From an uncultured Clostridia bacterium (GTDB taxonomy: Bacteria; Bacillota; Clostridia; TANB77; CAG-508): a stretch of 32,000 nucleotides of DNA. Shown in pieces: positions 25,967 through 32,000 of the stretch (its first letter is position 1; the number at the start of each line of letters is the position of its first letter). A program made the position numbers and the translations under genes. The stretch spans positions 9,969 through 41,968 of the forward strand of contig CALXEV010000008.1 of NCBI GenBank assembly GCA_944387425.1. The letters run 5' to 3'. The notes beneath the pieces are model-generated. The model had not been told where the DNA came from and searched no databases. It was given only the letters and a program-made list of their open reading frames with translations.

Positions 25967-27862
25967 TTATGCGTCTATATTTTCCGCACGAGCATTTTGG
26001 TATGCACTAAACATTTTGTCCAGTTCTTCGCCTTGAATTGTTTCTTTTTCCAAAAGAAGTTGAGCAACTTTTTCTACAAAAAAGCTATGTTCTTTGAGAA
26101 TTTGAGTTGCTTTTTTCTCTGCTTCGCAAAGCAGTTCTTTGGTCCGATTTACCAATTCATGAGAATAACTATCAGATTCAAGATAATCCTTGTATTCCCC
26201 ATTCATAGAAATAGGACCAAAAACATCATCCATGCCATAAATGGCAATCATTTTAGTTATAATGTCAGTAGCCCGCTTTAAATCGTCACTAGCTCCTGTA
26301 GAAATATCTTGAATGAAAAGTTTTTCTGCCGCTCTTCCTCCAAGCAAGGATACAACCTTTTCTTGAAGCATAGTCTTGCTAATGAAACTTCTATCTTCAG
26401 TAGCTTCATACCAAGTATATCCACCTACTACACCAGCACCAATGATGGAAATTTCTTTTACTTTATCTTGAGTTTTCATGAACATACTTACAACTGCATG
26501 TCCAGTTTCATGATAAGCCACAAGACGGCGCTCTTTTTCACTCAAAATCCGCTCGTTTTTGGACAGTCCAACAACAATCTTTTTCATTGCAGAATCAATA
26601 TCGTCATTAGAAATCTTTTCGTGTTTGTTTCTAACAGCCATGATTGACGCTTCATTCAAAAGATTTTCAAGTTGAGCACCAGAAAATCCGGAAGTATTGT
26701 AGGCAATTTTTTTGAAGTCCACACTATCTTCAAATTTTTTGTTTCTAGCATGAATTTTCAAAATTTCTTCTCTTCCTTTTACGTCTGGTAGAGATACAAC
26801 AATTTGCCTATCAAATCTTCCTGGTCTTAAAAGTGCTTTGTCTAAGCTTTCTATACGGTTTGTTGCAGCAACTACAACAATACCATCTGCCTCAGATGTT
26901 TCAAATCCGTCCATTTCGATAAGAAGCTGTTCTAGTGTTTGGTTATGCTCAATAGTATTTTCACTGCTATCCCGCTTAGAACCAATAGCATCTATTTCAT
27001 CAATAAAGATGATACATGGTGCTTCTTTTCTTGCTTGTTCAAACAGTGTTCTAATTCTTTTTGCCCCAACTCCCACATACTTTTCTACAAATTCTGCACC
27101 AGAAGATGGCAAAAATGCAACTCCTGCCTCTCCAGCTAATGCTTTAGCAAGTAGAGTTTTGCCTGTTCCTGGAGTACCTGAGAGTAAAATGCCTCTTGGG
27201 ATTTTGGCTCCCATTTGTTTATACTTTTGGGGATTTTTTAAAAAGTCTACAACTTCTTCAAGTTCGAATTTTTCTTCTTTCAAGCCTGCAATGTCTTTAA
27301 ATGTTATATTTCTAGGTGTTATATTTCTTTTTTTAGTTTCCTTTTGATTAATTGTGCCATTATTTAGACCTTCTTTTTGAACAGTATCTCTAAATTTTTG
27401 TATTTCTTCTTCAGTCTTTTTTTCAGTTTGCTTAATTATTTTATAAAATCTAAAAATCATTACAGCAAGAAATGTGAGAAAAATTATATACATAATATCA
27501 GCTATAGAAACAGATTCTTTGTTGACTATTTTTATTTCTTGTCCTGCTTCTATCTCCTCTTGAATAAAGTTTTTAAAAATTTCTTTATCCAAAAGTACTA
27601 CTTCGTATTCATTTCCTTCTTTGTCTATCAAATCAGCTTCATTTGAACTGTCATCATTGATTTGAATTTCTGAAATTTGCTTATCTTGGATTATAGCAAT
27701 TGCATCACTATATGATATTTGTTGAACCTGAACTTCTTCTTTCGATGGAAACATACTTTTATAAAAATTGAATACAGTTGGCATAACAACAATAATCAAT
27801 CCTATAATACAAGCCATCCGAACAAGAAAGTTTTTCTTGAAGTCAATTTTGTGATTAAACAT
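25967..27862 (-). CDS. ftsH: ATP-dependent zinc metalloprotease FtsH
   Basis: Two N-terminal TM helices, AAA+ Walker A GTPGTGKTLLAKA, Walker B IIFIDEIDA, SRH ATNRIESLDKALLRPGRFD, and zinc site HETGHA. Confidence 0.96.
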   Translation of the reverse strand: MFNHKIDFKKNFLVRMACIIGLIIVVMPTVFNFYKSMFPSKEEVQVQQISYSDAIAIIQDKQISEIQINDDSSNEADLIDKEGNEYEVVLLDKEIFKNFIQEEIEAGQEIKIVNKESVSIADIMYIIFLTFLAVMIFRFYKIIKQTEKKTEEEIQKFRDTVQKEGLNNGTINQKETKKRNITPRNITFKDIAGLKEEKFELEEVVDFLKNPQKYKQMGAKIPRGILLSGTPGTGKTLLAKALAGEAGVAFLPSSGAEFVEKYVGVGAKRIRTLFEQARKEAPCIIFIDEIDAIGSKRDSSENTIEHNQTLEQLLIEMDGFETSEADGIVVVAATNRIESLDKALLRPGRFDRQIVVSLPDVKGREEILKIHARNKKFEDSVDFKKIAYNTSGFSGAQLENLLNEASIMAVRNKHEKISNDDIDSAMKKIVVGLSKNERILSEKERRLVAYHETGHAVVSMFMKTQDKVKEISIIGAGVVGGYTWYEATEDRSFISKTMLQEKVVSLLGGRAAEKLFIQDISTGASDDLKRATDIITKMIAIYGMDDVFGPISMNGEYKDYLESDSYSHELVNRTKELLCEAEKKATQILKEHSFFVEKVAQLLLEKETIQGEELDKMFSAYQNARAENIDA

Positions 27863-27924
27863 ACATTTACCTCCATTATGTTTTTGTGCATGTCCTATTT
27901 AGTTTTCAAAGTGCATACTTACAT

Positions 27925-27953
27925 ATTGTACCACAATTTGGTAATGTATTCAA
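27925..27953 (-). promoter_or_regulatory. Sigma-A promoter of ftsH (extended -10)
   Basis: Minus strand: TTGAAT (27953-27948), 17-nt spacer ending in TGG, TACAAT (27930-27925). That gives a TGnTACAAT extended -10. Confidence 0.6.
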
Positions 27954-27980
27954 TGTTTTATGTAAATTTATTGTAAATAG

Positions 27981-28040
27981 TGCAAAAAAGAGCCGGTACC
28001 AATTGCCAAAATGGCAAAAGAGAACCGGCACTAATTGCAA
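27981..28040 (+). repeat. Repeat cluster R6: two A-type units between the small Cys-rich ORF and the ftsH promoter
   Basis: 27981-28008 TGCAAAAAAGAGCCGGTACCAATTGCCA and 28012-28040 TGGCAAAAGAGAACCGGCACTAATTGCAA. The junction TTGCCAAAATGGCAA is a 6-bp palindrome. The cluster ends 4 nt from the stop at 28045. Confidence 0.88.
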
Positions 28041-28044
28041 ATTG

Positions 28045-28218
28045 TTATTCACACCCATCGCAATGAGAACAATGACCTGTGCATGATGAAATATCTACTT
28101 CATCATCATCCTCATCAAAAGCATAAATATCTTCCTTTATATATGATACATCCTTCTCAAGAGATGCAATTCTTTTTTCAAGTTCTTGTATTTTTTCTAA
28201 CATTTCTTTTTCTGACAT
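28045..28218 (-). CDS. Small protein (57 aa): coiled-coil N-terminus, acidic linker, C-terminal Cys/His cluster
   Basis: ATG at 28218 with GGAGG (28231-28227). Sequence MSEKEMLEKIQELEKRIASLEKDVSYIKEDIYAFDEDDDEVDISSCTGHCSHCDGCE, with a C-terminal C-x2-H-C-x-H-C-x2-C-E. The longer track ORF (to 28275) would run through the efp terminator. Confidence 0.6.
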   Translation of the reverse strand: MSEKEMLEKIQELEKRIASLEKDVSYIKEDIYAFDEDDDEVDISSCTGHCSHCDGCE

Positions 28219-28244
28219 TTCAAATTCCTCCTTCAAATTTATTT

Positions 28245-28283
28245 TACAAATAAAACGGACTTGTTTATTTTGCAAATCCGTCT
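28245..28283 (-). terminator. Rho-independent terminator or attenuator after efp
   Basis: Minus strand: ACGGATTTG (28281-28273) pairs with CAAGTCCGT (28263-28255), 9 bp with one G-U, across a 9-nt loop. TTTTATTTG follows. Confidence 0.55.
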
Positions 28284-28299
28284 TATTGTATTTATTTAA

Positions 28300-28866
28300 T
28301 TAAACTCTTTCCATATATTCACAAGTACGAGTATCTATTCTTAGAACATCACCGATGTTTATAAACATAGGAACTTGTAATTCTAATCCTGTCTCTAATG
28401 TAGCTGGTTTCCCAGATGTTGTTGTTGTATTTCCTGCGAATCCTGGTTCTGTATATGTTACTTCTAATTCAACAAATATTGGTGGTTCTACAGCAAATAC
28501 TTTTCCTTTAAATGAAAGTATTGTTACTTCCATGTTTTCTTTTAGATATTTTAGACAATCACCAAGGTCTTCTTTATTTAATGGCATTTGGTCATATGTT
28601 TCATTATCCATGAAATAATATAAGTCTCCATCATTATATAAATATTGCATTGTTTTCTTTTCTATATCTGCTCCTGGATATTTATCTGATGGGTTAAATG
28701 TTCTTTCTATTACTGCACCTGTTATAACATTTTTTAATCTTGTTCTTACAAATGCTGAACCTTTTCCTGGTTTAACGTGTTGGAATTCTACTACTCTGTA
28801 AACTCCTCCATCCATCTCAAATGTTGTTCCGTTTCTAAAATCTCCTGCCATGTATACTCCTGCCAT
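28300..28866 (-). CDS. efp: Elongation factor P
   Basis: [41 protein letters not shown] contains the conserved KPGKG loop. 188 aa. GAAGGGAG RBS before the ATG at 28866. A second ATG at 28851 is also possible. Confidence 0.96.
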   Translation of the reverse strand: MAGVYMAGDFRNGTTFEMDGGVYRVVEFQHVKPGKGSAFVRTRLKNVITGAVIERTFNPSDKYPGADIEKKTMQYLYNDGDLYYFMDNETYDQMPLNKEDLGDCLKYLKENMEVTILSFKGKVFAVEPPIFVELEVTYTEPGFAGNTTTTSGKPATLETGLELQVPMFINIGDVLRIDTRTCEYMERV

Positions 28867-28912
28867 ATTATTTTCTCCCTTCTTTTTCTTAACATAATTT
28901 AACGCTTTTTCT

Positions 28913-28941
28913 ATTTTACACCATTTTCAACAAAAAATCAA
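28913..28941 (-). promoter_or_regulatory. Putative sigma-A promoter of efp
   Basis: Minus strand: TTGATT (28941-28936), 17-nt spacer, TAAAAT (28918-28913). Confidence 0.45.
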
Positions 28942-28947
28942 GTATTA

Positions 28948-30009
28948 TTATTTAATGATTATATATTTTTTTGGTGATTTAGTTAATGCTTCACAACTTC
29001 CTTTATTTATTAAAACTGTGTCTTCTATTCTAACACCAAATTGACCAGCTATATATATTCCTGGTTCATTTGTAACAACCATATTTTCTTTTAATGTGTT
29101 TTCTGAATATACTCCTAATACCGGTGCTTCGTGAATATCTAATCCAACTCCATGACCTAATGCATGTATTAAATCATAATTATGCAATCTAAAGTCATTG
29201 TCTACCATTTTTGCAATTTGTTTTGTATTTGAGTTTTCTCTTAAATCATTTAAAACTTGTTCTTGATTTTTTAATACTAATTCATATACTGGTTTAACAT
29301 ATTCTGGTACTTTTCCTACAAAAAATGTTCTTGTCATGTCTGAACAATATCCATTGACTTTACAACCCATATCTATTGTTATTATATCAACATTTTGGAT
29401 TTTTCTATTTGTTGGGATGGCATGCGGTTTTGACGAATTCTCTCCTGATGCCACAATTGTATCAAATGATGTTCCTTCTGCATATTTATAATAATAATCA
29501 TCAATTTCTCTTGCGATTTGCTTTTCTGTCATTCCTGGTTTGATATAATTTACTATATATTCAAAACATTTATCTGTTATTTCACATGCTTTTTTTATGT
29601 TCTCAATTTCATCTTCATCTTTTATCATTCTTTGTTTTTCAAGCATGTTTTCTGTTTCTACTAAATTGTTGATTTTGTACCTATGCATATATTCTTTATA
29701 TTTTGCATATGTTACATAATTTTCTTCAAAGCCAACATTTTCACAAAACATGAAAAAGTTTTCATAATCATCTTGACTTAGTCCTCTTGCATCATACACT
29801 ACAATTTCATCAAATAATGTGAGTGTGTTGTGAACATCTTCAATATATCTTCCATCTGTTATAAATATATTTTCTTTTCTTGTTACTAATAATGTTCCTT
29901 CTGCTCTTATATTTGTTAAATATCTTATATTAACTGGGTTTGATACAATCATGCCCTGTAAATCCAGGCTTAGTAGTTGATTTCTAAGCCATTGCATTTT
30001 TCTATTCAT
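28948..30009 (-). CDS. M24-family Xaa-Pro aminopeptidase/dipeptidase (PepP/YqhT-like)
   Basis: Creatinase-like N-domain plus a pita-bread domain with metal ligands (DMGCKVNGYCSDMTRT, HALGHGVGLDIHE, NEPGIY, RIEDTV). Conserved position upstream of efp in Firmicutes. Confidence 0.9.
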   Translation of the reverse strand: MNRKMQWLRNQLLSLDLQGMIVSNPVNIRYLTNIRAEGTLLVTRKENIFITDGRYIEDVHNTLTLFDEIVVYDARGLSQDDYENFFMFCENVGFEENYVTYAKYKEYMHRYKINNLVETENMLEKQRMIKDEDEIENIKKACEITDKCFEYIVNYIKPGMTEKQIAREIDDYYYKYAEGTSFDTIVASGENSSKPHAIPTNRKIQNVDIITIDMGCKVNGYCSDMTRTFFVGKVPEYVKPVYELVLKNQEQVLNDLRENSNTKQIAKMVDNDFRLHNYDLIHALGHGVGLDIHEAPVLGVYSENTLKENMVVTNEPGIYIAGQFGVRIEDTVLINKGSCEALTKSPKKYIIIK

Positions 30010-30051
30010 ATGCCTCTCCCCTTACAAAACTTAACTTTGTTTTGAAAATTA

Positions 30052-30804
30052 TTATCTTTTGAACATTCCTAGTGTAAATATTGTCATAAGTGTATTTGCT
30101 AATAAATTAAATGGTACAAACATACTAATAAATGTTGAAATAACTATAAATGGACCAAATGGTATATATTCATCTGACTTTCTTATTTTAGTTACTATTA
30201 GAATTACTCCTATAACAGCTCCAATTAAAAATGACATCATTGAAATCAATCCTATACTTGCAACTCCAAAATATAGTCCTAATGCTCCCATTAATTTTAC
30301 ATCACCAAGTCCTAATGTTTCTTTTCTATATATTAAGCTTCCTATTACAGTAATTGCTAAAAATATTCCTGCACCTAATAACATTCCTAATAATAAGTCT
30401 ATTGTTATTGCTACATTAGAAATACCATATAAAAATGCTATTACAATTCCAACTTCAAACATTGCTAAGTTTAATCTATTTGGTATTATTTGTAGTCTAT
30501 AATCTATTACAAATGCTGATAATAGCATTGGTGTTAATAATGAATATTTGATTAAATTTAAGTTTCCTATAAAAGTATCTTGTATTCCATATCTATAAAC
30601 TAGTGCAACATATATTACTGCATTTATTAACATTAAAATATAATTTGGTTTGAATTTATATTTATATTGTTTAAAAATTTCTCTTGTAAATATTTTTTTA
30701 TATTCCGGCAATCTTTCATTTAACCAGTCAACAAATTGACCTACAAATAATCCTAAAATTGCTGCTGCTATAAAAAATCCTATGTGGGTATCATTTATAT
30801 ACAT
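30052..30804 (-). CDS. Prepilin peptidase (A24 family aspartic peptidase, PilD/ComC-like)
   Basis: Polytopic membrane protein carrying both catalytic Asp contexts (FVIDYRLQIIPN and GLGDVKLMGALG). Confidence 0.85.
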   Translation of the reverse strand: MYINDTHIGFFIAAAILGLFVGQFVDWLNERLPEYKKIFTREIFKQYKYKFKPNYILMLINAVIYVALVYRYGIQDTFIGNLNLIKYSLLTPMLLSAFVIDYRLQIIPNRLNLAMFEVGIVIAFLYGISNVAITIDLLLGMLLGAGIFLAITVIGSLIYRKETLGLGDVKLMGALGLYFGVASIGLISMMSFLIGAVIGVILIVTKIRKSDEYIPFGPFIVISTFISMFVPFNLLANTLMTIFTLGMFKR

Positions 30805-30806
30805 TT

Positions 30807-31337
30807 TTATTTTTGTATGGTTTTATTACCATACTCTCCTTCCTTTGTACATTTCTTTAAAAATCGTTTCTTTATTGCATTTTCAATTGGTCTTTTTAAT
30901 CTTGTAATCAAAATGTCTTTTTCTGCAATTGGTTCTACTAATATTGTGAACATTTTGCATCTGTTTCCACCTATTACATCTGTGAAAATCTGATCTCCAA
31001 CTGTAGCAATATTTTCTGGTTTTTCTTGTAATATTTTTTGAACTTTTTTAAAGCCCATTTTTAATGGTTTCTTTGCGAAATAATCATATTGTGTTCCTAA
31101 TTTATCTGCAACCATTTTGACTTTTTGCTTTTTATTTGAATTTGATAGTACATATAGTTTTATTCCATTTGCCATCAGTTCTTTTGCCCATTTAATTGTT
31201 TCTTCTGATAAATTTTTGTCAAAGTCTATTAATGTATTGTCAACATCTAAAATTAGTGCTTTTATGTTATTTTCTCTAAGAAATTCTAACTTTATTTCTC
31301 TTACATTTGTAAAATATGCTCGTGGTTCTAGGAACAT
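30807..31337 (-). CDS. yqeG: YqeG-family HAD-IIIA phosphatase
   Basis: LILDVDNTL (HAD motif I), LSNS (motif II) and VGDQIFTDVIGGN (motif IV). 176 aa. Confidence 0.85.
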   Translation of the reverse strand: MFLEPRAYFTNVREIKLEFLRENNIKALILDVDNTLIDFDKNLSEETIKWAKELMANGIKLYVLSNSNKKQKVKMVADKLGTQYDYFAKKPLKMGFKKVQKILQEKPENIATVGDQIFTDVIGGNRCKMFTILVEPIAEKDILITRLKRPIENAIKKRFLKKCTKEGEYGNKTIQK

Positions 31338-31399
31338 TTACTCCCTCCTGTATGTTTCTATGTTATTATATTAACAATCTGAAGTTATTTTGTCAATAC

Positions 31400-31951
31400 T
31401 TAAAGCTCTTTATAAACTTCATAATCTCTAAGTATTTTTCTAACATAATTATTTGTTTCTTTAAATGGTATGTTTTCTATGTCTGAGCCATCTGCACTAA
31501 TTGTTCCTTCTCTAAGCCATTTGTCGACAGATGTCATACCAGCATTATATGCTGCAAGAGCAACACCTATATTTGTATATCTTTCTATTAATGTTGAAAT
31601 ATATCTTGTTCCTAGTTCTATATTTATCTCAGGATCAAATATATTTTCTTCTGTAAGTTCTATTCCACATTGCTCTGCAACTTCTTCTGCTGTCGCATAC
31701 ATTAATTGCATTAATCCTTTGGCATTACTCGCTGATACTGCATTTTCATCAAAATTGCTTTCTGCTTTTATTATTGCATATACTAAATCTTCATTAACAT
31801 TATATTCAGCAGAGTATTTAGTTACATATTCTTGATAATCTTTTTTATATATGATTTTTAACATTAGTTTTCTTCCACCTAAGATTGCTCCAATTATTAT
31901 TAAAATAAGTATAGCTATTATAATAAGTGTTTTTATTTTTTTGTTTTTCAA
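31400..31951 (-). CDS. Lytic transglycosylase (SLT domain) with an N-terminal membrane anchor
   Basis: TTG start at 31951 with AGGAGAG RBS. TM helix, then catalytic AIIKAESNF, GLMQLM and AAYNAG motifs. Confidence 0.85.
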   Translation of the reverse strand: MKNKKIKTLIIIAILILIIIGAILGGRKLMLKIIYKKDYQEYVTKYSAEYNVNEDLVYAIIKAESNFDENAVSASNAKGLMQLMYATAEEVAEQCGIELTEENIFDPEINIELGTRYISTLIERYTNIGVALAAYNAGMTSVDKWLREGTISADGSDIENIPFKETNNYVRKILRDYEVYKEL

Positions 31952-31973
31952 ATCTTAACTCTCCTTGCATTTT

Positions 31974-32000
31974 TTATTTGCAGTCATACCAATTTGTTGC
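31974..32000 (-). CDS. 3' end (8 codons plus stop) of an upstream minus-strand gene, identity unknown
   Basis: The open frame reads ...ATNWYDCK then TAA (31976-31974). Too short to identify. Confidence 0.25.
   Translation of the reverse strand, partial: ATNWYDCK

Noticed and set aside
28045-28218. The small Cys-rich ORF as a SCIFF-type or lanthipeptide-type RiPP precursor that defines a biosynthetic cluster.
   Set aside because: No radical-SAM/SPASM, LanB/C/M, YcaO or transporter gene lies within the flanking 10 kb. Its neighbours are efp and ftsH. It is kept only as a speculative alternative under findings.
28219-28275. Longer version (76 aa) of the small Cys-rich ORF, and similarly the 20-codon extension of the 2081 gene (2567..2626).
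   Set aside because: The extensions lack an RBS. One runs through the efp terminator stem. In both cases the internal ATG has a strong Shine-Dalgarno sequence at optimal spacing.
597-31835. Numerous plus-strand ORFs of 60-176 aa in the track, for example 749..1168, 5725..6153, 11441..11914, 16334..16864, 24336..24842, 25019..25486, 26838..27347, 30059..30502 and 31470..31835.
   Set aside because: All lie antisense to well-supported minus-strand genes. They have Leu/Phe/Ile/Ser-rich low-complexity translations typical of shadow frames in AT-rich DNA. None has a convincing RBS or a recognisable motif.

Overview
AT-rich (about 27-30% GC by eye) chromosomal segment that looks like a Firmicute of class Clostridia. 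Almost everything is transcribed on the minus strand and most of it is housekeeping. Minus-strand content, listed left to right by coordinate: partial recD2; two small membrane unknowns and a SAM-riboswitch-controlled metK; uppP; a dpaA with no adjacent dpaB; a TM-TPR protein and a 412-aa acidic unknown; then rimO, rng, pth, a NodB-type deacetylase, metG, truB, nrnA, rbfA, infB, ylxR/rnpM, nusA and rimP. The genes from rimP to uppP form one roughly 17-kb co-directional array behind a strong promoter near 22.5 kb. Further right are a four-subunit 2-oxoacid:ferredoxin oxidoreductase operon, a stand-alone ftsH, efp followed by a tiny Cys/His-rich ORF, an M24 Xaa-Pro peptidase, a prepilin peptidase, yqeG and an SLT transglycosylase. 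Only two genes are on the plus strand (a 67-aa unknown and tsaE). I saw no tRNA/rRNA, CRISPR array, transposase or phage genes. The most unusual signal is non-coding. It is a family of 28-30 nt GC-cored repeats (A-type TGNCAAAAAAGANCCGGNNCCAATTGNCA, plus a self-complementary B-type TTGCCA-N16-TGGCAA). There are 14 copies in six intergenic clusters, most lying within 5 nt of a stop codon. Their orientation tracks operon-end versus operon-internal position, and one cluster forms an 89-nt MITE-like palindrome. No protein-coding novel system (defence, toxin or RiPP cluster) can be supported. All functional calls come from motif recognition by eye, not from database searches.
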